A DNA stretch of 59,826 nt, taken from assembly GCA_009692945.1 (NCBI GenBank), contig SHYD01000005.1, forward strand, positions 1 to 59,826. Reading direction: 5' to 3'. The translations under genes were made by a program, and so were the position numbers. The stretch's first letter is position 1, and each line of letters starts with the position of its first letter. The notes below the pieces were generated by a model, which ran no database searches, had not been told where the DNA came from, and was given only the letters and a program-made list of their open reading frames with translations. This document shows, one piece after another, positions 8,270 to 16,709 of this stretch. Origin of the DNA: Dehalococcoidia bacterium (GTDB lineage: Bacteria; Chloroflexota; Dehalococcoidia; SHYD01).

Positions 8270-9091
8270 ATGCCCATCGAATCCCGATTCATTGACGCCG
8301 GCGACGTCCGCACCCACTACCTGTTCGCCGGCTCCGGCGCCCCGGTGGTGCTGGTCCACGGCGGTGGCCCGGGCACCGACTCCCAAGACAACTGGGCTGC
8401 CTGCATCCCCGGTTTGGCAGAGCACTTTTCGGTCTACGCCCTCGACACCGTTGGCTCGGGCCGCTCGGATAAGCCGGACCCGGCGCAGTTCGAGTATTCC
8501 CAGCCTGCCCGCAACCGCCACCTCGCCGCCTTCATCGAGACCCTGGGCGTGGGTCCGGTGGCGCTGGTGGGCAACGCGCTGGGCGGTGGGACGGTGCTGG
8601 GGGTCGCCATCGAACGGCCCGAACTGGTGTCCAAACTGGTGATCAACGGCGCGCTGGGCGTGGCCCGGGCGCCGGGCGAGAAGGCGGCGGCCCGGCAGTA
8701 CCTGCCATCGCGCGAGGTGAGCAAGGAGAACATCGCCGCCTTCGTGCGGATGTGCACCGACGAGCAGCACGACATCGGGCCCGAGGTGGAGTACCGCTAT
8801 CTATTGATGCAGGACCCGGCAGCGGTGGCCGCCTACGATGCCACACAGGCGTGGCTCTCCGCCAACGGCGCGGTGGTCTACCCCGACGAAGCGCTGAATG
8901 GCATCCGCCAGCCCACGCTGGTCGTGTGGGCCAAGCACAACCGGGTGGGTCCCTTCGAGCTGGCGCTCCGCTTCATCGACCTCCTCCCCAACTCCTGGCT
9001 CTACGTCATCCCCAACACCGGGCACTGGACCATGGTGATGCGCCCGGACGAGTTCGTGCGGGAGACGGCCAGCTTCCTGCTGCATGCGTGA
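8270..9091 (+). CDS. Alpha/beta-fold hydrolase, meta-cleavage-product hydrolase (BphD/MhpC)-like, with non-canonical active-site residues
   Basis: 273 aa; HGGGPG oxyanion motif, but nucleophile elbow reads GNALGG (Ala for Ser) and the WG-DD position reads WAKHN; GHW His retained. Confidence 0.85.
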   Translation: MPIESRFIDAGDVRTHYLFAGSGAPVVLVHGGGPGTDSQDNWAACIPGLAEHFSVYALDTVGSGRSDKPDPAQFEYSQPARNRHLAAFIETLGVGPVALVGNALGGGTVLGVAIERPELVSKLVINGALGVARAPGEKAAARQYLPSREVSKENIAAFVRMCTDEQHDIGPEVEYRYLLMQDPAAVAAYDATQAWLSANGAVVYPDEALNGIRQPTLVVWAKHNRVGPFELALRFIDLLPNSWLYVIPNTGHWTMVMRPDEFVRETASFLLHA

Positions 9092-9252
9092 GGGGGTGAG
9101 GGATCATCCGCTGATGGCGCTAATGAGGGGGTTCGAGTGTCAGCAGTCCAGGGCTGCCGCCCTCGTCTGGCCATAACTTCCTGCGTACAACAGGATGAGC
9201 ACGGCGTCACGGTATAGTAGATCGTGCCAACCCTCTGAAAGGCGACCCCCGT

Positions 9253-9737
9253 ATGAACCGAACCAACCTCCGCAGCCTGCCCTTCTTCGCCGGAGCGTTC
9301 GCCCTGGGATGCGCCTTGTTGGTGGGCCTATCCAACCCCGGGGCCATCGCCGCCGCCGGCCAGTCGGTCGACTCCAAAGATTCGTGTTCGCCCCGCCGGC
9401 GATCACCGTCGCCGAGGGCGACACCGTCACCTGGAGCAACAGCGACCCGGTGCCCCACACCGTCACCAGCGACACCGGCGCGTTCGATTCCGGCGTAATG
9501 AACAACGGACAGACCTTCGGGTTCACCTGCGCCACCGCTGGCAGTTACAGCTACTTTTGCGACCTACACCCCACCATGATAGGGACGGTGGTGGTGACGG
9601 CTGCCGCGCCTGCACCCGCGCCGGAAGCCCAACGGCTCGCCACACCGGAGGCCGCACAGCCGGCTGGCCCGGAGATCGAACAACCGGCCGCCCCGGAGAC
9701 CGAACAGCCAGCGGAGGGGGAGAGCGCTGGGTACTGA
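9253..9737 (+). pseudogene. Secreted cupredoxin (plastocyanin/amicyanin-like), signal peptide and copper domain in different frames
   Basis: ATG 9253 gives MNRTNLRSLPFFAGAFALGCALLVG...; cupredoxin FVFAPPAITVAEGDTVTWSN...HTV...YSYFCDLHPTMIGTVVV lies in another frame; junction near TCCAAAGATTCG (~9371-9382). Confidence 0.6.
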
Positions 9738-9812
9738 CTCAGTCTGTCCGAAACCTGCCACCGTATGCATTGACCATACCTGGCGCCGGATGGATGCCGT
9801 CACGAGCCGCTG

Positions 9813-11396
9813 TTGACCTCCCCCGACATCCCTGAGCCGGAAGGCCGCCCCATTGTCATCGGCGCGGGGGTGGCGGGGCTGAGCGCTGCCCTGGCGCTGG
9901 CCGAGGCGGGCCTGCGCCCCCTGGTCCTGGAGGCTGACGCCTCCGGACCCGGCGGACGCTTCGCAGGGCGCCCGCCGGTGGTCTTCGAGCAGAGCGGCCG
10001 GTCCTGGAGCTTTCCCGCTGAGCACGGGGTCCACGGTCTTTGGGAACACTATCGGAACCTGCGGGGGCTGCTGGAACATCACAGCATCCGTCCCCCGCTG
10101 ATCCGGGCCGACCGGCAAGACTGGGTCTACGGCCGCCATAACGGCGTGTTCCGGGCCGAGGTCGGGCGGCGGCTGCAACGCTCGTTCCTGCCGGCCCCGT
10201 TCCATTACCTGGCGCTGCTGGCCAACCCCCGCTTCCTCGCCATGCTCGGGATCGGCGGCATCCTGCGGGTCCCTTGGGTGGGCATCACCCTGCTGACCAT
10301 GCTCGCGGTCGATCCCATGCGGGAGGGCGAGTCGCTGGCGGGACGTCAGGTGCGGGAACTGCTGTTCGGGTGGCCGCCGCAACTCCATGCCTTCGCCGCA
10401 GCGCTGTCCCGCAGCGGCCTCGCCACCGGGCCGGGCGACGCACCCCTGGGCGGGTTCATCGCCCTCTATCGCTTCTACTCGTTGCTGCGCAGGGACGCCA
10501 TCGGACACGACTACATCGCGGGCGACCCCGGCGAGCACGTGATCGATCCCATGGCGGCGGCCATCGAACGGCTGGGCGGGCGGGTGGTCTCAGGAGTGCG
10601 GGCCACGGGCATCGAACGTACCGAGACCGGCGCCTGGGAGGTCCGATGCGAGACGGTGGGATCACCGGACCACCCCGGACTCCCCAGCGGCCCATTGATC
10701 GCCCCAGAGGTCATCCTGGCCACCGACGCTCCCGGCGCCCGTGCGCTGCTGGAAGCCGCCCCGGCGCTGGCCGGTGACACCGCCGGCCTGCGGTGGACGC
10801 CCGGCCAGGCCAACGCGGTGGTGCGCCTCTGGTTTTCGGGCCGCCCACGGGACGGCGGGGAGAGCGGCATGTTCGGCGGCGATTTCGTGCTCGACAACTT
10901 CTTCTGGCTGCACCGGCTGCAACCGGCGTTCATCGAATGGAGCCGGGCCACCGGCGGCAGCGCCGCCGAGGCCCACATCTACGGCCCGCCGCGGCTGCTG
11001 GCGGAGTCCGACGCTGCGCTGCTGGGCATGGCGGTGCGCGACTTCTCCCACGCCTTCCCGGAACTCCGGGGCACCCGGGTCCACGTCCACCTCCAGCGTA
11101 ACCCGCCGACCCACACGCTCTTCTCTATCGGCACAACCCACCAGCACCTCGGGGTCCAGACGCCCTGGCAGGGCCTGTTCTGCTGCGGCGACTGGGTGCG
11201 GGACGAGGCCCCGCCGCTGTTCCTGGAACGCGCCTGCGTGACCGGGTTAAAGGCGGCGGGCGCGGTGCTCACGGCGCGGGGCTTACCCGCCCCGGCGGTG
11301 GCCGCGTACCCCCGCCCCGAGCCGGTGGCCGCGCTGCTGGAATGGCTGCTGCGGGGTATCCGGCGGGCAATGATCGCCGTGCTGCAGCGGAGGTGA
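9813..11396 (+). CDS. NAD(P)/FAD-dependent oxidoreductase (amine oxidase/phytoene desaturase-like fold)
   Basis: TTG start; IVIGAGVAGLSAALALAEAGLRPLVLEA dinucleotide-binding motif; 527 aa. Confidence 0.8.
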   Translation: MTSPDIPEPEGRPIVIGAGVAGLSAALALAEAGLRPLVLEADASGPGGRFAGRPPVVFEQSGRSWSFPAEHGVHGLWEHYRNLRGLLEHHSIRPPLIRADRQDWVYGRHNGVFRAEVGRRLQRSFLPAPFHYLALLANPRFLAMLGIGGILRVPWVGITLLTMLAVDPMREGESLAGRQVRELLFGWPPQLHAFAAALSRSGLATGPGDAPLGGFIALYRFYSLLRRDAIGHDYIAGDPGEHVIDPMAAAIERLGGRVVSGVRATGIERTETGAWEVRCETVGSPDHPGLPSGPLIAPEVILATDAPGARALLEAAPALAGDTAGLRWTPGQANAVVRLWFSGRPRDGGESGMFGGDFVLDNFFWLHRLQPAFIEWSRATGGSAAEAHIYGPPRLLAESDAALLGMAVRDFSHAFPELRGTRVHVHLQRNPPTHTLFSIGTTHQHLGVQTPWQGLFCCGDWVRDEAPPLFLERACVTGLKAAGAVLTARGLPAPAVAAYPRPEPVAALLEWLLRGIRRAMIAVLQRR

Positions 11397-11425
11397 TGGG
11401 GCAGCGGCCGCTGTGGATAACCTTC

Positions 11426-12346
11426 TCAAATGTGGGGCGCCTTGGTCTCGCCGGAGAGGACGGTGCGGGGCAGCAGGTCGATGAGTTCGGCGACCGGCCA
11501 GGGGCCCTCGGCGGCCTCGTTGCGGAAGATGGTCCGCACCTCCACCGGGTGGCAATACTGGCCGATCTTGCCACCGCCGGCCCGGAACACGCAGCCCGTG
11601 ACGTGGGCCGCGTGGTCCGAGGCCAGATACACCACCATCGGCGCCACCATGGCCGGATCGGTTCGGGCCTCGGTCTGACGTAGGCGGCGCTGGCTCAGCA
11701 AGCCCTTGGCCACCAGTTCGGCGTCCCGGCCCCCTTCGACCGCAGTCATGCGGGTGGCGGCAAAGGGAGCGACTGCGTTCACGGTGATCCCGTCGTTCTG
11801 CAGTTCCCACGCCAGGTCGTAGGTGAGGCTGACGATGCCGCCCTTGGCGGCGGCATACGCCGCCCGCCCCTTGGGGAGCGTGAATTGGTTGGAGGCGGTG
11901 TTGATGATGCGGCCGTAGCGTTGGGCCTTCATCACCGGCACGGCATGGCGGCAGACGGCGAAGGTCCCCTTGAGGTGAACGCCGACCACCAGATCGAAGT
12001 CTTCCTCGGTCAGTTCATCCATGAAGCCGCGCCGCACCACCCCAGCGTTGTTGACCACGATGTCGAGCCGCCCGAAGCTGTCGACGGCGGTCTGCACCAA
12101 GCGCTGCGCCCCCTTCCAGTCGGCCACTGAATCGTAGTTGGCCACCGCCTCGCCGCCTGCGGCCTTGATGGCGGCCACCACCTCATCGGCGGGCGCCATC
12201 GATCCGCCATGGCCGTCGCCCTCGACGCCCGGGTCGTTCACCACCACCTTGGCGCCCTCGGCCGCCAACGCCAGCGCCTCGCCCCGGCCAATGCCGCGGC
12301 CGCTCCCCGTGACAATGGCCACCCGGCCCGCTAGCAGATCACCCAT
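11426..12346 (-). CDS. SDR family oxidoreductase (hydroxyacyl-CoA dehydrogenase-like)
   Basis: VAIVTGSGRGIGRG, NNAG, and Y-AAAK catalytic motifs; start taken at MGDLLAGRV. Confidence 0.85.
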   Translation of the reverse strand: MGDLLAGRVAIVTGSGRGIGRGEALALAAEGAKVVVNDPGVEGDGHGGSMAPADEVVAAIKAAGGEAVANYDSVADWKGAQRLVQTAVDSFGRLDIVVNNAGVVRRGFMDELTEEDFDLVVGVHLKGTFAVCRHAVPVMKAQRYGRIINTASNQFTLPKGRAAYAAAKGGIVSLTYDLAWELQNDGITVNAVAPFAATRMTAVEGGRDAELVAKGLLSQRRLRQTEARTDPAMVAPMVVYLASDHAAHVTGCVFRAGGGKIGQYCHPVEVRTIFRNEAAEGPWPVAELIDLLPRTVLSGETKAPHI

Positions 12347-12404
12347 GGAACACCTCACAGAACTGAGCTTGCCGATGTACACGGATTATACAGACGCGGG
12401 CCCC

Positions 12405-12525
12405 TCCGGCGCCCGCCCGCCCTCTCCCAAGAGAGAGAGAAAAAAGAGAGGAAAGGTGAGGGGACTGCCCCTCATACTCCCCGCCAGCGGGAGACCCGCT
12501 GGACACCCCTTTTCGTGTATGGGTT
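12405..12525 (-). repeat. Family E repeat (two hairpins CCAGCGGG-N4-CCCGCTGG and GTGAGGGG-N4-CCCCTCA)
   Basis: 12455-12507 is the reverse complement match of 17306-17358. Confidence 0.7.
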
Positions 12526-12534
12526 CACAGTAGC

Positions 12535-12650
12535 GGGCCGTTGGGTTGGGGAGCGGGAGTGCACGAGGGCGCAGCCCTTGCCGGGGGCGTGGGGGTGTCC
12601 CCCACGCAGAATTCTCCCATCTTTTTTCCGGGGTGGCGGCAGGGTTCATG
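12535..12650 (+). repeat. Family A REP/MITE-like element
   Basis: GGGAGTGCACGAGGGCgcaGCCCTTGCCGGGGGCGTGGGGGTGTCCCCCACGCAGAATTCTCC...TTTTTTCC. Confidence 0.8.
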
Positions 12651-12670
12651 CCGCGGGCCCCTGAGCGGCC

Positions 12671-13855
12671 CTACGGCTCGCTGGTCAGCAGCACCCCGCT
12701 GCCGCGCAGCATGGGCGACCCGGCGGTGGCCAGGGCCACGCGGCAGTCCTCCACCTGGCGGCCGGCCGCCCGGCCCGTCACCTGGAGCACGGCCTCGGCC
12801 AGGTGCCCCATGCCGTGGAGCCGCCCTTCGCTTAGCGCGCCGCCGTGGGTGTTCACCGGCAGCTTTCCGCCCAGTTCGATGCGCCCGTCCTGGACGAACT
12901 GCCAGGCCTCGCCCCGGCCGCAGAAGCCGCTGGATTCCAGCCAGTAGTACACCGAGGGGCTGAAGCCGTCGTACAGCTCGGCCACATCAACGTCCTCCGG
13001 CCTCAGTCCGGAGCGTTCCCACAGTTTGCCCGCGATGGAGGCTCCGCTTTCCATATAGTCCGCCATGGTGTAGGGCATCAGGTTGGGGCGGCGCACCGTG
13101 TTCTGGCCGTAGGCCCGCAGGTAGGCCGGTGGGTTGGGGAGATCGCGCGCCCGCTCGGCGGTGGTGAGCACCACCGCCACCGCGCCCTCCACCGGGATGT
13201 CGCAATCGAACAGGCACAGCGGATCGGCGATCATCCGGGCGTTCAGGTAGTCGTCCCGGGTCATGGGCTGGTCCCGGAAGTGGGCCCGCGGGTTGCGGTT
13301 GGCATTGGCCCGCTGGCTCACCACCAGCGTCGCCATAGCCTCCCGCTCCGCTCCGTGCAAACTGAGGTAGCGCTGATAGGCGAAGGCATGGGGCTGGAAG
13401 GAACTGCCGAAGCCGAAGGGGGTCAGGAACTGCGTTTCGCCCGCGGCGTAGCGGGTGCGCACCGCGCCATAGGCGCCGCCAGGCTGGTGCAGCGCCCGCC
13501 ACACCAACGCGTGGGTGCAGGCCCCGGCGATAAGGGCGTTCGCCGCCTCGGCCACCGCGCTCAGCACCATGCCCATCTCGATCTCGGCGTACCACTGGAT
13601 CTCGGGCGCCGCCTTGAGGTGCCGCAGCAGGTACTCCACCGACACCAGGTCGATGCCATCGGTGCTCCCGGCGCCGCGGTAGGGCGCTTCCGGGAAGGCG
13701 GCCAGGCCGTCGATGTCGGTCAGGCGCAGGCCGGCGCCGGCTACGGCGTTTTCGGCAGCCTCCACCGCCCGCGCCCCCAGCGCGCCCTCGCTGCTGCGGG
13801 TGAGGGCGGAGTAACCCACGCCCACCAGCGCCACCTTCCCCGCCCCGGACCACAT
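12671..13855 (-). CDS. Thiolase-like protein (SCP-x/lipid-transfer type, non-condensing)
   Basis: ~395 aa; VALVGVGYS N-terminus and C-terminal NTHGGALSEG...GMGHLAEAV motifs; alternative start 13879. Confidence 0.85.
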   Translation of the reverse strand: MWSGAGKVALVGVGYSALTRSSEGALGARAVEAAENAVAGAGLRLTDIDGLAAFPEAPYRGAGSTDGIDLVSVEYLLRHLKAAPEIQWYAEIEMGMVLSAVAEAANALIAGACTHALVWRALHQPGGAYGAVRTRYAAGETQFLTPFGFGSSFQPHAFAYQRYLSLHGAEREAMATLVVSQRANANRNPRAHFRDQPMTRDDYLNARMIADPLCLFDCDIPVEGAVAVVLTTAERARDLPNPPAYLRAYGQNTVRRPNLMPYTMADYMESGASIAGKLWERSGLRPEDVDVAELYDGFSPSVYYWLESSGFCGRGEAWQFVQDGRIELGGKLPVNTHGGALSEGRLHGMGHLAEAVLQVTGRAAGRQVEDCRVALATAGSPMLRGSGVLLTSEP

Positions 13856-13868
13856 CGGACCCGCCCCC

Positions 13869-14297
13869 TCAGTCCACAACCGGACGGAACTGCGGCAGCG
13901 CCATGCCCTCTTCCGTCCGTTCGAAGGAGACCGACACCAGTTGCCCGATGGCCAACCCCTCGGTTGCGCCCCCCGGCAACCAGCTGATCATGAACAGCAG
14001 TGGCTGCTCCTCGAGTTCGACCAGCAGGTTCACGTAGGGCACCTCGCCCTCGAACCCAGCCACGTTGCGCTGCCGCATCACGGTGAAGCTGTACACCATC
14101 CCCCGTCCGCTGACGGGCTGGAACTTGAGGTCACGGGAGGAGCAGCGGTCGCACAGCGGCTGCGGCGGGTGGTTGTAGTAGCCGCAACCGCCGCAGCGCT
14201 GCACCACCAGCCGGCCCTTGCCGGCCGCATCCCAGAAGGGCTGGGTCAGCGCGTCGGGCTGCGGCAGCGGGCGGGGCGGGGTCCGGAGGTTATCCAC
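13869..14297 (-). CDS. Zn-ribbon/OB-fold protein (DUF35 family), partner of thiolase-like protein
   Basis: PFWDAAGKGRLVVQRCGGCGYYNHPPQPLCDRCSS + OB-fold; GTG start 14295-14297; overlaps downstream thiolase-like gene. Confidence 0.85.
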   Translation of the reverse strand: MDNLRTPPRPLPQPDALTQPFWDAAGKGRLVVQRCGGCGYYNHPPQPLCDRCSSRDLKFQPVSGRGMVYSFTVMRQRNVAGFEGEVPYVNLLVELEEQPLLFMISWLPGGATEGLAIGQLVSVSFERTEEGMALPQFRPVVD

Positions 14298-14330
14298 AGA
14301 TTTGCAGGATTTTCACAGATTCAGAATAGT
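14290..14330 (+). repeat. Family B element (3 x 11-bp phased CACAGAT; head is a perfect TTATCCACA)
   Basis: TTATCCACAGATTTGCAGGATTTTCACAGATTCAG; TTATCCACA at 14290-14298 overlaps the DUF35 start codon. Confidence 0.8.
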
Positions 14331-14455
14331 CCCAAGTCCGGCGTTCAAGGTGCGAGGTTCGGGGAGGAACCCGCAGATGCGCCGGTCGCCGAAGTATCTA
14401 TTCAGACTTAAGTGGCGGCTTTTCAATCGTTTTCCCACCCCGGCAAAAAGGTGGT

Positions 14456-14745
14456 TTTTCTGGGGGAACACCCCACAGGAGTGGGCAGGTTTCTCCTCGA
14501 TTATCCTCAACGACTGTGCTTCCCACCCACCCACCCAGTTCGTTTGTTCGTGGGGACACCCCACACCCCGGCAGAGGGGCTCCCGCCCCTCGTGCACTCC
14601 CCGGTCCGACCGAGCACGCCCAGGCACAAATTGAAAAGGTGCCCACTCCTATGGGAACACCCCCAAGGCCCCGTCCCTTCGACTCGCTCAGGACAAGCAG
14701 GATGGCATCGCACCCTGCACCCCCGTGCCCGAACTGCGACTCTAA
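14456..14745 (+). repeat. Left arm of ~290-bp inverted repeat bracketing the dioxygenase operon
   Basis: By-eye alignment to the reverse complement of 17420-17712 is collinear over the whole length at roughly three-quarters identity. Confidence 0.8.
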
Positions 14746-14774
14746 ACTCGGATGGTCGCCGGTAAGAATTCACT

Positions 14775-14935
14775 GCTTAGGGGCGACCGGGCTCAGGAGT
14801 GGGAGTGCACGAGGGCGCAGCCCTCTGCCGGGGGAGTGGGGGTGACCCCCCCCAAAGAGGATCTCCTCATTTTTCCTAGGGTGGGGGGAGTGGCCTATAC
14901 CTCCGAACCCCTGACACCGAATAGATACCGCCGGT
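14775..14935 (+). repeat. Family A REP/MITE-like element with GAATAGATAC tail
   Basis: GGGAGTGCACGAGGGCgcaGCCCTCTGCCGGGGGAGTGGGGGTGACCCCCCC...CTGACACCGAATAGATAC. Confidence 0.8.
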
Positions 14936-15001
14936 TGGGAATCGACAAGCGCGTTTGTCGAGACTAGTATAATATCCTCGTCAGACAATAAGGAGGTCGC
15001 G

Positions 15002-16390
15002 ATGGTAACCATCCTGCGGGCACGAGGGGACCGGTCGATCAGGTCGTTCATCGACTATGAGCGGGGCACCATAAGCCGGGAGCTCTACGTGCACCCGGAT
15101 ATCTTCGAGCAGGAGATGGAGCAGATCTTCCAGCGCTGCTGGCTGTTCCTGGGCCACGAGAGCCAGATCCCCAACCCCGGCGACTTCATCGTCAGCCGCA
15201 TGGGTACCGAAGAGGTGATCGTGGTCCGGGATCGCAAGGACAAGCAGATCCGCGCCTTCCTCAACTCCTGCCGGCACCGGGGTATGAAGGTGTGCCGGTA
15301 TGACCAGGGCAACAACCTGGTCTTCACCTGCCCCTTCCACGCCTGGACCTACGACACGGCCGGCAAATTGGTGGGCGTGGGCTATGGAAACCATCCGGAG
15401 GCCTACGGCGACACCCGTCCAGGAGATCAGTGGGGGCTGGCGCAAGTGGCCCAGTTCAAGAACTTCCACGGCTCGCTGTGGGCCACCTGGGACCCCAAAG
15501 CACCCTCATTCGAGGATTACCTGGGGCCCTTCACCGCGAGCCTGCGCCACTGCCTGCAATCGAGCGACGGTGAGGACGGTGGGCTCGAGATGTTCACCCC
15601 GTTCCAGCGGCACCGTCTCCCGACCAATTGGAAGGTCCCCGGGTTCACCTCGGTCACCGACGGGACCCATGCGGCCATGACCCACCGGTCCGCCGCGGCC
15701 GCGGGCCTGCACGAGGACCGGGGGCAGGGTAAAGCGAAGCCTGGCACTCCCTTTCCGCGAGAGATGTACGCCATCGGCGACCATAACCTCGGTCACGGCG
15801 GGCAATGCACCTTCTACAACCAGCCTGGCGTCCCCGACTACACTGACGAGTGGTTTGAACCAGGCGTCGACGACTACTTCCGCGAGACCGCGGGCCGCAA
15901 GGCCCAGTTATACGCCAACCGGGTCCTGGCGCCCCATGGCTGGGGTGGCGGGCACTTCGCCATCTTCCCCTGTGTGATGGTGGATAGCTGGCGGATCCGT
16001 TGGTACCACCCGCACGAGACGGGCATGGTGGAGCGCTGGACCCTGTGCGGCGTGGACAAGAACGCTCCGAAGCACGTGAAGAACGCCGTGCGCCATTATG
16101 TGCAGCGCTACAATGGGCCGACCGGCTTCTTCGAGTCCGACGATATGGAGAACTGGAACTACGTTTATCCCGCCAGCCGCGGTGTACGGGCGCGGAAGCT
16201 GGACTACTTTTTCGCCAACGGGCTGGGTCACGGGAAATACGACGACAGGCTCCCGGGCGTGGTGGTCAACGGCGCGTACACCGAAGAGGCCCAGCGCGCC
16301 CGTTTCAGCCGGTGGCTTGCGTTCATGGAAGCCAAGAGCTGGGATGACCTCTACCCGGTCAATACATCGAAGAACCACCGCATCTGGTAG
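15002..16390 (+). CDS. Aromatic ring-hydroxylating dioxygenase, large (alpha) Rieske subunit
   Basis: CRHRG...CPFHAW Rieske motif; 462 aa. Confidence 0.9.
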   Translation: MVTILRARGDRSIRSFIDYERGTISRELYVHPDIFEQEMEQIFQRCWLFLGHESQIPNPGDFIVSRMGTEEVIVVRDRKDKQIRAFLNSCRHRGMKVCRYDQGNNLVFTCPFHAWTYDTAGKLVGVGYGNHPEAYGDTRPGDQWGLAQVAQFKNFHGSLWATWDPKAPSFEDYLGPFTASLRHCLQSSDGEDGGLEMFTPFQRHRLPTNWKVPGFTSVTDGTHAAMTHRSAAAAGLHEDRGQGKAKPGTPFPREMYAIGDHNLGHGGQCTFYNQPGVPDYTDEWFEPGVDDYFRETAGRKAQLYANRVLAPHGWGGGHFAIFPCVMVDSWRIRWYHPHETGMVERWTLCGVDKNAPKHVKNAVRHYVQRYNGPTGFFESDDMENWNYVYPASRGVRARKLDYFFANGLGHGKYDDRLPGVVVNGAYTEEAQRARFSRWLAFMEAKSWDDLYPVNTSKNHRIW

Positions 16391-16400
16391 GGGAAGCGCC

Positions 16401-16634
16401 ATGGCTGAAACGAAGGGGTATGACCTGACGGGGAAGGGTGGGATCCAAGCGTGGAGCAGCCTGCCCGAGGGAACCAAGCTCACGCTCCTCAATGGGGCCG
16501 TGGGTGAGATCATCGCGAATCCCCACGATGGCGGATGGGTCCTGATCAAGTTCCAGGAGCATCCGCACGATCCCTCCAAGGTGGGCCAGGAAGAGTACGT
16601 ATTCTTCAACGAGGTACAAACAGCAGCGGGCTGA
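16401..16634 (+). CDS. Hypothetical 77-aa protein encoded between dioxygenase alpha and beta genes
   Basis: ATG 16401, 11 nt after alpha stop; MAETKGYDLTGKGGIQAWSSLPEG...; no family recognised. Confidence 0.45.
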   Translation: MAETKGYDLTGKGGIQAWSSLPEGTKLTLLNGAVGEIIANPHDGGWVLIKFQEHPHDPSKVGQEEYVFFNEVQTAAG

Positions 16635-16709
16635 TGGCGGCGCGGCGGCGCGGCGGCGCTTGGCGATGCGCCGGCGCCGTTCCCCTGCCGCAACGCCTGA
16701 GGAGCACCA

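Noticed and set aside
9090-9190. tRNA-like GGTTCGAGT string near 9131
   Set aside because: No acceptor, D or anticodon stems could be drawn around it. No other T-loop consensus (GGTTCGAATCC-like) was seen in the window, so no tRNA is called.
14313-14845. Several 80-140-aa ORFs in both strands across 14218-14967 and 17242-17801
   Set aside because: They are translations of the inverted-repeat arms and family A elements (recurrent GVPP/PRPRQ/ALPLP-type strings). No RBS or family similarity was found, and equivalent pseudo-peptides appear wherever the repeat occurs (8007-8270, 12386-12649, 23030-23236, 39283-39524, 45054-45341, 46940-47191).
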